The notes below the pieces were generated by a model. It was given only the letters and a program-made list of their open reading frames with translations, was not told the origin of the DNA and ran no database searches. This document shows positions 14,175 to 23,210 of a stretch of 47,355 nt of DNA, piece after piece. The position numbers and the translations under genes are program-made. How positions within the stretch are numbered: position 1 is the first letter of the stretch; each line of letters starts with the position of its first letter. The stretch lies in the IMG/VR virus record IMGVR_UViG_3300009678_000018, positions 1 through 47,355 of that record; one strand, written 5' to 3'. This DNA comes from a virus.

Positions 14175-14891
14175 ATGCGCGCCCTCCGTCGCGGCTTCGC
14201 CGCGCTCCTGCTTGCCCTGCCGTGCTGGGTGTCGCTGCCGGTGGCGGCGGCACGGCGTTCGCTTCCAGCGACAGACACGTTCAACCGTACGGATGCGTCC
14301 TGCGCCTCTGGGGCGCTCGGCGCGAACTGGACGCAGCAGAACGGGGAGTCGCGCATTTTTGACAACGCTTCGCGCGGATGCGCGTCGGTGGGCTCTGTCT
14401 TCTGGAACGCGGATACCTTCTCCAACGATCACTACAGCGAAGCAACTGATGGAGCTGGCGCGTTCGGCCAGTATGCCGTCACGGTGCGTGCCAGCGGGAC
14501 GGGCGGGTCGGCGCATTTCTGCGGGTTGCTCGTGCGCGATGGCCTCGCGATGCGATTTATCGAAGATGACCCAAGCAATGTGCTGGAAACCACCGATGAT
14601 GAGGCGGTCGCTGGGGATACGGTCAAACTGGAGATCGTTGGCACGACGATGACGGCCTACATCAATGACGTCGCAGTGGACACCAATACGGCCTGCACCA
14701 TCACGAGCGGAGGAGCGGCGGGGATCTATCAGACTGTTAGCGTGGACATCGATACGTGGGAGGGCGGCGACGTGGGCGGTGCGGCTCCGTCGAACCTCCC
14801 AGCGATCATCAATTCGCCGATTCGTGGGGGCGGAATCATCGCGTCCTTCCATCTTCTCTCCCTGTTGAGGAGTCCCCGTGCGGGTTTCTAA
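14175..14891 (+). CDS. Jelly-roll (LamG/concanavalin-like) protein with a signal-peptide-like N-terminus
   Basis: MRALRRGFAALLLALPCWVSLPVAAA|RR. The pattern DTFNR..LG.NW......F.....SNDHYSEA....G..AVTVRAS....GD.VKLEIVGTT..AYIND resembles lectin-fold phage proteins. Confidence 0.5.
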   Translation: MRALRRGFAALLLALPCWVSLPVAAARRSLPATDTFNRTDASCASGALGANWTQQNGESRIFDNASRGCASVGSVFWNADTFSNDHYSEATDGAGAFGQYAVTVRASGTGGSAHFCGLLVRDGLAMRFIEDDPSNVLETTDDEAVAGDTVKLEIVGTTMTAYINDVAVDTNTACTITSGGAAGIYQTVSVDIDTWEGGDVGGAAPSNLPAIINSPIRGGGIIASFHLLSLLRSPRAGF

Positions 14892-15828
14892 CGTGGGGGC
14901 TTTTCTTCTCGGGCTGTTCCTGCTCCTGCCCGCGTCAGCGCCGCGCACGCTGCCGACTGGCTACCTGGCCGACTACGACCTGACGCAACTCGTCGGCGGC
15001 GACACCATCGCCAACCTCAGCAGCGACCCGGATGCCCTCCCGGACTTTGTGCTCGACTGCGGCGTCACCGATGTCACGGTGTCAGGCGGGTATATCCAGT
15101 GGAACGCGGGGTATATCGACTCCTACGAGCCGACCGAACTGTTTCCGTTCGACGAGACCAATGGGACGTGTGCGACGACGGGCGGCGGGTTCCCGAACGT
15201 GGCGGGCGATTTCCCAAACACGTTCGCGAGCGGGTCGTATGGCGTGCGTCTGGAGATTGCCGCCGCCCAAGTCACGTCGCTCGGCCAAGGGAGCGACATT
15301 GCGGTCATCACGTTTCGGCGCTCGCCGGATGTCAATGAACACAGCTACGGGCCGCGCTGGTTGACGTTGCATCGCGGCTCGCCGGGGGCGGACCTGCAAA
15401 TCCGCGCGGCTGAGGGGCAGTACTCTGACCCGCCCGGTTCGTTTCAGGACGAGGCGGTCTCGGCAGGATTCATCAGTTCTACGGTAAATCGGGATCTCAC
15501 GATCATTGTCGTGTGGGATCCGGATATCGTGACGCTCTACCTCAATGGGAGCCAAGCCGCCGAGAAAGATCCCCGGACGCAGCCGGATAACGTTGGGACG
15601 CCGGATCAGGCGATCTTCTTCGCCGCGCAGCCGGGATTGATTCACAGTGAGGACCAACAGTTTTTCGTCGGCGCGATCAAACGGTTCGTGGTCTATGACC
15701 GGGTGCTCGACGCGGGCGAGATTGCCGCGCTGCACGCAGACATGGCCGGTGGCGACCCGCCGCGCACGTTCCTCAAGATGATCATTCGTGCGGCGTTGTT
15801 TCTGCCGCCGTCCTGGGGGCGCTCGTGA
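14878..15828 (+). CDS. LamG (Laminin_G_3-like) domain protein with a signal-peptide-like N-terminus
   Basis: GAGGAG precedes GTG 14878. N-terminus MRVSNVGAFLLGLFLLLPASA. The C-terminal LYLNG....FFVGAIKRFVVYDRVLDAGEIAAL is the classic LamG_3 ending. Tail is PPRTFLKMIIRAALFLPP. Confidence 0.6.
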   Translation: MRVSNVGAFLLGLFLLLPASAPRTLPTGYLADYDLTQLVGGDTIANLSSDPDALPDFVLDCGVTDVTVSGGYIQWNAGYIDSYEPTELFPFDETNGTCATTGGGFPNVAGDFPNTFASGSYGVRLEIAAAQVTSLGQGSDIAVITFRRSPDVNEHSYGPRWLTLHRGSPGADLQIRAAEGQYSDPPGSFQDEAVSAGFISSTVNRDLTIIVVWDPDIVTLYLNGSQAAEKDPRTQPDNVGTPDQAIFFAAQPGLIHSEDQQFFVGAIKRFVVYDRVLDAGEIAALHADMAGGDPPRTFLKMIIRAALFLPPSWGRS

Positions 15829-18260
15829 GCGTGCGACTCTTCGCGGTGCTCCTAGCGGTCGCGGCTTTTGCGCCGGGCCCGTTCGTGCCGCCTGCTATCC
15901 CCGACCTCTGCGCGACCGGCACGGCGACGAAGACCGCCAGCACGGGTAACTGGAACACGGCTGGCACCTGGACGCCGAGTGGTGTGCCTGGGGCGGGAGC
16001 GCGCGTCACAATTCCGAATGGCGTCACGGTCACATATGACCTCAGCGCGAGCACGGAAATCGACTGCATTGACCTGCACGGTGTCTTGACATTTGTGACG
16101 GGCTCGGCGACAGCCCTGCATGTCACCAATCTCCAAGTGCGGTCTGATGGAGAACTTATTGTTGGCACCGCAGGGGCACCGATTACCAGCACGGTATCGA
16201 TTGTCATCAATGATGTTGCGCCAGATGCAGGATCGTGCTGCCCTTCCGCCGGGACCGATCCGGAGCAGTACGGCACTGGGATCATCGCGTGGGGTAAGGT
16301 TCAGATGCACGGGGCTACGAAAACCCCCACCTGGGTGCGGTTGACCGAAGAACTCGACGATGGTGAGACGGTCCTGACGGTGGCGACCGCGCCGAGTGGC
16401 TGGGCGAACGGCGACACTATCGTGATTCCAGACACACGCACCTGGACCGGCTTCTCGACGAGCGGCTACACCGGGCAGTACGAGGAAGAAACGATCAGCA
16501 GCATCTCCAGCGCAGACATCACGATTTCGGCGGGGTTGACCTACGACCACGTTGGCGCACGGGATTACCAGGGCACGATTCAGAAGCTGCCGCACGTCGC
16601 GAACCTCACTCGCAACATCGTCGTGAGCAGCGAGAACGCGGCGGGCACCCGTGGCCATCTGCTCTTCACTGACCAAGCTGACGTTGATATTCGATACGCG
16701 CAGTTTTCCGGGCTGGGCCGCACGTTGGCGACCGTCCTGCACTGCACGCTAGGCACCACAGGGACGCTCGCGCTCGGCGGTAATTGCTCCTTTGGCTCTG
16801 GTGATGTCACGCAGATCGGCACCAATCAGATCGGCCGCTACCCCATCCACTTCCACCACTTGCGCGGTCCGGCTTCCCCGCCGTCGAACGGGTATCAGTT
16901 CACATTCACTGGCAACACCGTCAATGACTGCACGAAGTGGTGTGTGGCCGTCCACAATAGCCACTATGGGCTGATTGACAAGAACGTCCTTTACGATGGT
17001 CAAGGCGCTCTCCTCATGACCGAGGACGGGTCCGAGTCGGAGAATGTGATTGAACAGAACATCGCGATCCGCGCGACGGGTAAGGGTGGGCGCGATTCTG
17101 GGGGGCGCGAAGCGGTGGGGTTCTACTTCCGCGGCCCCAATAACTACGTGCGCGACAACGTGGCGTGCAACATCCTCAACGACGACGACCCCAATTCCGG
17201 CTATGGCTTCAAATACTTCTCAGCGCCCGGCGAGGGTGGGGACCCAGGGATCGTCCGCATTCCGAACGCCCCTGGGGTGGACACGACAGACAACGGGAAC
17301 GTGACGCAGGTGAATCTCTGGGAAATCCCGATCCTGGAGTTCGACAACAACGAAGTCTACGGCGCGACCGAATCGGGGATCACGTGGTGGTGGATCGGCG
17401 CGGCCACGAACACGCCCGTGGCGGGCATGGCCACCAGCACCCTCAGCAACACCGTCATCTGGCACATCTCGAACAAAGGGGCATTCAACTACCCGTCCTC
17501 GAAGCTCATCATCGACGGCTTCACGGTCTACGGCCAGCAGTGGGCAGAAAACTATTGCTCGGGGTTTGAGGGGGGGGACTATCTCGCGCACGACCTGATC
17601 TACCGCAACTGGAACATTCAAGGCTGCTGGCACGGCATGCATTTCTCGGTCCGCACGGCATCAACAGCCTCCCCCACCGTGTCGATCCAAACGCTCCAAG
17701 ATTCGTTTTTCGCCAACTACTACCGCGACATCGAGTATTTCTCACAACTCACGTCTGACGGTGATGCGACCGCCAACATGAACGCGCGGCATGTCTATCT
17801 CGACAATGTGGAGTTCGGACCATGGACATCACGCCATGCCTCGCATCGCACGATTGCGATGATCACGTTGCCCGATGAGGGGGGTGTCCTCAACTACACG
17901 AATATTGATGAGATGCAAGTGAGTGGCTACGTCTACGACGGCACTCCAAGTGCGGGTGATTTCCAAGTCTTCTATCCCGCGCAAGCGGCGAGCTATGTGA
18001 TGCCACAGACGGTCATGAGTGGGCCGAATGTGCGAGTCGCCGGGTGCCCCGATGCGGGGCTGACGAATACCCAATGCCTCGCAACCCATGGGGACGCGAT
18101 GGCGGGCGGGATCGCCGATTGTGAAGACTCAACGTCGCGGCCGGAGATTACTGGCTTCACCTGCGATGCCGCCGCCGCGCCACGCCGGTTCCTGAAAGTC
18201 ATTATCCGCACGCTCGACTGGCTGCTGCCCGCGCCGCTGCCGTTTCCGGTGCCGCGCTGA
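15825..18260 (+). CDS. G8-like domain plus right-handed beta-helix protein (putative polysaccharide depolymerase / tailspike)
   Basis: GTGA overlap. N-terminus MSVRLFAVLLAVAAFA. GNWNTAGTWTPSGVPGAGARVTIPNGVTVTYD...CIDLHGVLTF resembles a G8 domain and is followed by PbH1-like repeats. Tail is APRRFLKVIIRTLDWLLP. Confidence 0.55.
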   Translation: MSVRLFAVLLAVAAFAPGPFVPPAIPDLCATGTATKTASTGNWNTAGTWTPSGVPGAGARVTIPNGVTVTYDLSASTEIDCIDLHGVLTFVTGSATALHVTNLQVRSDGELIVGTAGAPITSTVSIVINDVAPDAGSCCPSAGTDPEQYGTGIIAWGKVQMHGATKTPTWVRLTEELDDGETVLTVATAPSGWANGDTIVIPDTRTWTGFSTSGYTGQYEEETISSISSADITISAGLTYDHVGARDYQGTIQKLPHVANLTRNIVVSSENAAGTRGHLLFTDQADVDIRYAQFSGLGRTLATVLHCTLGTTGTLALGGNCSFGSGDVTQIGTNQIGRYPIHFHHLRGPASPPSNGYQFTFTGNTVNDCTKWCVAVHNSHYGLIDKNVLYDGQGALLMTEDGSESENVIEQNIAIRATGKGGRDSGGREAVGFYFRGPNNYVRDNVACNILNDDDPNSGYGFKYFSAPGEGGDPGIVRIPNAPGVDTTDNGNVTQVNLWEIPILEFDNNEVYGATESGITWWWIGAATNTPVAGMATSTLSNTVIWHISNKGAFNYPSSKLIIDGFTVYGQQWAENYCSGFEGGDYLAHDLIYRNWNIQGCWHGMHFSVRTASTASPTVSIQTLQDSFFANYYRDIEYFSQLTSDGDATANMNARHVYLDNVEFGPWTSRHASHRTIAMITLPDEGGVLNYTNIDEMQVSGYVYDGTPSAGDFQVFYPAQAASYVMPQTVMSGPNVRVAGCPDAGLTNTQCLATHGDAMAGGIADCEDSTSRPEITGFTCDAAAAPRRFLKVIIRTLDWLLPAPLPFPVPR

Positions 18261-19222
18261 TGCAGTCCACCCGCAAGGAGTTCCTCGACACGTTCCTCGC
18301 GCGCATGGGCGCGAAGGGCGACGTCGCGCATCGCGACCGCGCGGAGCGCGCGCTCAACCTGGCGCTCGACGAAGTGTGGAAGCGGCACGCCTGGCGCGCG
18401 TTCCTGTCGCCGACGCCGTACACCTTCTCGACGGTGGCCAATGTGCGCACGTATGCCCTGCCGGACTGGTTCGGCCGCGTCGCCACGGGCGAGCAAGCAC
18501 TCCGCAATGCGACCACTGGCGCGCGCATCCGGCCGATCAGCCAGGACGAAGTGACCGCGCTCGACCCGGCGCAGGGCACGGACCTCGAAGCGCCCGGCAC
18601 GCCGCAGCGCTACTTCCTCGCGGGTTCGGTGGGCGTCCACACGCAGCCCGCAGCCGCCGGCGAGGCGCTCGAGGTGGTCTCGACGAGCGTCGCCGACCTG
18701 ACCGTGCGCGCGCTCGTCGAGGGCATCGACAGCACCGGCGACTGGCGCCGCGAGCAAGTCGTGCTCAACGGGACGACGCCGGTCGCGATCGGCACATGGA
18801 AGCACGTCCAGACGTTCGGCAAGTCGGCGCCGGAGGGCCTCGACCCGACGACCGAGTTCACCACGAGCGCGGGCAACGTCACGCTGCGCATCGTCGCCGG
18901 CGCCGTCGAGCTGCAGAAGCTCCTACCGGACGAGTCTGCGCTCGAGCTGCCGACGCTCACGCTCTACCCGATGCCGAATGTCGTCAACGTCATCGCGGTC
19001 CCGACCTTCCGGCGGCCGCGGCGGCTGCGCTACGACGCCGACGTCCTGCCGGCGGATTGGGACGCGGCGCTCGACGAAGACATGACCGTCCAGTGGCGCG
19101 TGCAGGCCGGTGAGATCGCGGCCGACACCAACGTGCCGCGGCCGAAGCTCGTCAGCCTGATCGAGCTCGAGAACCTCAACGCCCCGCGCAGCTATCAGCT
19201 GCCGTTCACGGGGGGCTACTGA
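18260..19222 (+). CDS. Putative neck/adaptor or tail tubular A-like protein
   Basis: TGATG junction. 320 aa. The call rests on position only. Confidence 0.35.
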   Translation: MQSTRKEFLDTFLARMGAKGDVAHRDRAERALNLALDEVWKRHAWRAFLSPTPYTFSTVANVRTYALPDWFGRVATGEQALRNATTGARIRPISQDEVTALDPAQGTDLEAPGTPQRYFLAGSVGVHTQPAAAGEALEVVSTSVADLTVRALVEGIDSTGDWRREQVVLNGTTPVAIGTWKHVQTFGKSAPEGLDPTTEFTTSAGNVTLRIVAGAVELQKLLPDESALELPTLTLYPMPNVVNVIAVPTFRRPRRLRYDADVLPADWDAALDEDMTVQWRVQAGEIAADTNVPRPKLVSLIELENLNAPRSYQLPFTGGY

Positions 19223-21336
19223 TGTCGGCCGCGAGCGGTTACCCGCTCCTCGTCGAGGACTTCTCGCCGGGCTTTCACGCCGCCACGGTGAGCAACCGGC
19301 TCCCGCCGGGTGCGACGCCGGACGCGAAGAACGCGTGGTTCCACCAAGTCGGCTTCACGCCCAAGCGCGCGACGATGGGCCGCCGGCCAGGCGACCGGCT
19401 GATTAACCCGACCGCGATGTCGCTCGGCGATCGCGTCGAGGCGCTCTTCGAGTTTCGGCAGCGCGGCGCCAACCCGAAGCTCCTCGCGATCTGCGATGGC
19501 CTCCTGTATGCGTTCGACGGCATCGACGCCTTTGTCGCGCAGACGATCGCGATCTGGACGCCGGGTGAGCCCGTGCGCGTGTCGATGTTCCGCGAGAACG
19601 TGCTGCTCGTCGACGGCACGGTCAACAAGCGCTGGAACGGCGCCGCCGCGTTCGACCTCGGCACGATCGCGCCCACCGCGGCACCGGCGCTGGCCACCGC
19701 GGCCGGGCCCGGTGTGACGGGCACCTACGAGGGGTACGGCGTCTGGTACGACCCCGTCATGGATCACGAGAGCTCGCCGTCCGCGACCTCGGCCCAAGTT
19801 GTCTTCGCGAACCAGGCGCGGCAGTGGACGAAGCCCGCGGGCGCGCCCGGCGCCGAGTACACGCACTGGCGCATCTACGTGCGGCGTGTCGACACCAACG
19901 AGCTCAACTTCTATCGCGCGGCCACTGAGCCGATCGCGAGCGCCACGCTCACGGAGAACACGTCAGACACCGCGCGCCGCGATCTCGGACCGCAGGCCAA
20001 CGACAACGATCCCCCGAGTGCGCCGTTCGCGATGATCGGCGAGTGGAACGGGTTCGGCATCGGCGTCGAGCCGGATAGCGACGAGTTCGTGGTCTCGAAG
20101 CAGGGCGACCTGCAGAGCTGGCACCCGAAGCACCGCTTTCCGGTCAACCGCGGGAGTGGCACCCCGACGACGACGGCCAAGCCCTACGGCGAAGAGTACC
20201 TGCTGCAGAAGGACTCAGGTACCTGGCGGCTCATCGGCACCAAGGTGCCGTTTATCTGCCGGAAGGTGGTCGGCTCGTTCGGCAACGTCGCGTACGACGC
20301 GTCAATGGAGATCGGGTCGCAGTACTGGGGCTGGGACCGCGAGAAGGGGCCGTACGTCACCGACCTCGTGACCTGGCGGGCGCTCGACGAAGGCCGGCTC
20401 AAGAACTTCCTCGCGACCATCACGCCGACCGCGCTGCACAAGATTCGGATCGGGCATGTGCCCTCCGAGCGGATCGTCTTTTGGGCCGTTCCAGTCGGCG
20501 GCGCGTCGCGCACGCGCGTCCTACTACCCTACCAGTACGAGCTCGACGCCTGGCTGCCGCCGATCGAGGGCCTTGAGTACAGCGCGTTCTGCACGTTCAC
20601 CGACCCGACATCCGCCACCCTCGCGACGTACGCCGGCGACGAGTGGGGGCGGGTCCATCGGCTCTTCATTGGCGACCGGCAGAGCGTGCCCACGACGAAC
20701 CCCATGTCGACGCTCACGGGCACGGCGACCGCCGCCACGGCCTCGACGATCACCGACGCTGGCGCGGCCTTCTACACGACCGGCAGCGGCCTCGCGGGGC
20801 TACCCGTGGCCGTGCGGTCGCCCGCCGGGGATTGGCAGTGGCGGCGGATCGCGTCGAACACGGGGACCGTGCTTACCCTCGACACCGTCAACGGCGCGCC
20901 GTTCTCGCCGGCGCCGGCCGCCGGCTGGACGTACTACGTCGGCGGCATCGAGTGGTACCAATGGACGCCGGTGCTCGACGTCGGCGATCCGTTCCTCGAG
21001 AAGCTGCTCCATGACCTGCACATTGCCGCGCTGGCGCCGACGAGTGCGCTCGCGTTGTCGGTCGACGTGCGCGTCAACGGCGACCTGGCCAGCGTGCGGC
21101 CAACGCTTGAGTTCGCCTTCTCGGCGGGTTCCGGCGGCGTGTGGGGCGTCTCGACGTGGGGCTCGGCCGTGTGGGGCGGCGCCGCGCAACGGCCGTCGAA
21201 ACAAAGCCTCGGGCGCACCGTCGAGAGCGTTCAGTTTCGGTTTCGCAACTTCACGCCGGACGCGCGCGTCATCCTGTCGGCCTACGCGCTTGGCGCCGAT
21301 CCGAACGTGCGCCGACGGTCAGTGGGAGGCGCCTGA
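19222..21336 (+). CDS. Putative large tail (nozzle / tubular B-like) protein
   Basis: TGATG junction. 704 aa. The call rests on position and size only. Confidence 0.35.
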   Translation: MSAASGYPLLVEDFSPGFHAATVSNRLPPGATPDAKNAWFHQVGFTPKRATMGRRPGDRLINPTAMSLGDRVEALFEFRQRGANPKLLAICDGLLYAFDGIDAFVAQTIAIWTPGEPVRVSMFRENVLLVDGTVNKRWNGAAAFDLGTIAPTAAPALATAAGPGVTGTYEGYGVWYDPVMDHESSPSATSAQVVFANQARQWTKPAGAPGAEYTHWRIYVRRVDTNELNFYRAATEPIASATLTENTSDTARRDLGPQANDNDPPSAPFAMIGEWNGFGIGVEPDSDEFVVSKQGDLQSWHPKHRFPVNRGSGTPTTTAKPYGEEYLLQKDSGTWRLIGTKVPFICRKVVGSFGNVAYDASMEIGSQYWGWDREKGPYVTDLVTWRALDEGRLKNFLATITPTALHKIRIGHVPSERIVFWAVPVGGASRTRVLLPYQYELDAWLPPIEGLEYSAFCTFTDPTSATLATYAGDEWGRVHRLFIGDRQSVPTTNPMSTLTGTATAATASTITDAGAAFYTTGSGLAGLPVAVRSPAGDWQWRRIASNTGTVLTLDTVNGAPFSPAPAAGWTYYVGGIEWYQWTPVLDVGDPFLEKLLHDLHIAALAPTSALALSVDVRVNGDLASVRPTLEFAFSAGSGGVWGVSTWGSAVWGGAAQRPSKQSLGRTVESVQFRFRNFTPDARVILSAYALGADPNVRRRSVGGA

Positions 21337-21647
21337 TGCCCGGCCCGTACTCCACCCCAGCGACGGAGGCCGCGATTGCGCGCGCGATCGATGACGAGCG
21401 CGGGGCCATCCTCGCCGAGGGCCCGGTGCTCGAGGTCTACTTTCCGGTCGCCGGCACGCGGCTCGACGTCGCGCACCGGCTCGGCGCGACGCCGCAGGGC
21501 TACGTCACGCTACTCGAAGTCGGCGGGTCTGTGCGCGGTATCGACGTCCCGCAGTGGACCCCCGAGCTCGCCTATCTCGTCGCCGACGCGAACCACACAC
21601 GCGCGCGGCTGTTCTTCGTCGTCACGGAGGTTCCGATCAATGCGTAA
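21336..21647 (+). CDS. Hypothetical protein (103 aa)
   Basis: TGATG junction, in frame with track ORF 21141..21647 (MPGPYSTPATEAAIARAIDD...). Confidence 0.5.
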   Translation: MPGPYSTPATEAAIARAIDDERGAILAEGPVLEVYFPVAGTRLDVAHRLGATPQGYVTLLEVGGSVRGIDVPQWTPELAYLVADANHTRARLFFVVTEVPINA

Positions 21648-22857
21648 GCTGCTTCTCGCCCTGGCGCTCGTGCTGGCGTGCGCTCCGCGCGCGGCCGCCC
21701 AGATCACGCCGACCTACTCTTTTGTGGCGGGCACGGTCATCAATCCGGACGAGGTCAACGCGAACTTCGCGCTGCTCGGCAACGCGCTGAATCGCACCGG
21801 CGGGACGATGACCGGCACGCTGACGACTCTAGATCTCCTGCCGGACGGCGATGGCACGCGGGACCTGGCGGCCACCGGCACGCGCTATCGCGATCTCTGG
21901 CTCGGGCGTAACGCGACCATCGGGGGCACGCTCAGCGTGACGGGCGTGACGGCGTTTGGTTCCACGCTGACGGTAACGGGCGCGACCTCGCTCAGCTCCA
22001 CGTTGGGCGTGACCGGCGCGACGTCGTTGAACTCCACACTCGCTGTGACCGGCGCCGCAACGCTCAGCGGAGGGCTGTCAGTCACCGGGACCGCCACCGC
22101 GACAACGTTCAGCGGCAGCGGCGCGAGCCTGACGAGCATTCCAGAGACCGCGATCACTGACGGCACGCTCCTCGCGCGGGTCGCCGGCACCGAAACCATC
22201 AGCGGCGGCTGGACCTTCAGTACCACGCCAACGGTCACCGCGGCGCTGACGATGTCACACGCCACCGCCCCGCAGATTTGGCTCTTGGAAAATGATCAAG
22301 CGGTGGGATCGAAAGTGTGGTCGATCTTTGCCAACGGCGCGAATCTCAGCATCGGGATCAACAACGGCGACGACACCCTCGCCGTGTCCGACACCGAAGT
22401 GATGTTCGACCGCTTCGGGAATGCCATCCTCGACGGCAGCGTCTACGAGAGCTCGCGCGGGTTCGCGATGGGCGCGACCCAGACGCGCAGCTTCAGCGCG
22501 GGCAATTACACCGGCTCGGGCGGGGGATCTTGGACAGTTGCCTCCGGGGACATGATCGGCGAAAGCTGGCGAGTGGTCGGCGACACGATGTTCTTCACGG
22601 TGGCGATCGCCACTTCGACGATCAGCGGCACGGTCACGACGCTTCAAGTGGCGATCCCCGGTGGATTCACGGCGGCTGAGACCACTAGCGTGCCGGGTCA
22701 GGTGTTCGACGGGGCCGGGCCGGCCGTCTACAGCACTGCCTGTGGTGTTCCGGACTCAGGCAGCCTAGTGAACATCACGCACCAAAACGGCGCGGCGTTC
22801 GTGACGGGCACGGACAACCAGCAGGTGCGGTGCCAGATTGCCTTTAAGGTGAGCTAA
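21640..22857 (+). CDS. Tail fibre protein with a signal-peptide/lipobox-like N-terminus
   Basis: GGAGG at 21626-30, then ATG 21640. N-terminus MRKLLLALALVLACAPRAAA|QITPTYSFVAGTVINPDEVNANFALLGNAL (typical fibre N-terminal motif), then repeated TLxVTGxT units. Confidence 0.6.
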   Translation: MRKLLLALALVLACAPRAAAQITPTYSFVAGTVINPDEVNANFALLGNALNRTGGTMTGTLTTLDLLPDGDGTRDLAATGTRYRDLWLGRNATIGGTLSVTGVTAFGSTLTVTGATSLSSTLGVTGATSLNSTLAVTGAATLSGGLSVTGTATATTFSGSGASLTSIPETAITDGTLLARVAGTETISGGWTFSTTPTVTAALTMSHATAPQIWLLENDQAVGSKVWSIFANGANLSIGINNGDDTLAVSDTEVMFDRFGNAILDGSVYESSRGFAMGATQTRSFSAGNYTGSGGGSWTVASGDMIGESWRVVGDTMFFTVAIATSTISGTVTTLQVAIPGGFTAAETTSVPGQVFDGAGPAVYSTACGVPDSGSLVNITHQNGAAFVTGTDNQQVRCQIAFKVS

Positions 22858-23210
22858 TGAAAACCACGATCGTGCGTCTCGTCGTCATCCTCGCGCTCTT
22901 TGGAAGCCTCTTCGCCGCCGCGGCGGCCCAAGCGCCCGCGGCGCCGAACGGGAAACCCGTGCCGCCTCCGGCGATGTCCGAGACCGTCAAGCTGCGGCTC
23001 GAGCTCGCGCAGCTCGCCGACGAGCTCGCCGTCGCGAAGGGGCAACTGTCGATCTGCCAGGGCGAGCTCGCGCCGGCCGTGTTCCAGCGCCGCGCGCAGG
23101 AGGTCGCCGGCTCGCGCAGCAAGATCGTCGCGGATTTCGAAGCCGCGAATCCGGGCTTCACCATCGATCTCAAGACGCTCGCGATCATTCCCAAGAAAGG
23201 CGGGAGCTGA
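22857..23210 (+). CDS. Small coiled-coil protein with a signal-peptide-like N-terminus
   Basis: TAATG junction. Translation is MKTTIVRLVVILALFGSLFAAAAA|QAPAAPNGKPVPPP, followed by a helical region. Confidence 0.5.
   Translation: MKTTIVRLVVILALFGSLFAAAAAQAPAAPNGKPVPPPAMSETVKLRLELAQLADELAVAKGQLSICQGELAPAVFQRRAQEVAGSRSKIVADFEAANPGFTIDLKTLAIIPKKGGS

Noticed and set aside
14210-14221. A fourth partial copy (GCTTGCCCTGCC, reverse complement GGCAGGGCAAGC) of the 18-bp motif core.
   Set aside because: It is only 12 bp and lies inside the signal-peptide-coding part of a CDS (LLALPC). It has no flanking hairpin and is plausibly chance in a GC-rich genome.
18171-18260. PRRFLK / PRTFLK in the C-terminal tails resembles the twin-arginine (S/T-RRxFLK) export motif.
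   Set aside because: Tat motifs act at the N-terminus before the h-region. These are at the extreme C-terminus, lack the x position, and one has a single Arg. They are kept as an unexplained shared tail, not as Tat signals.
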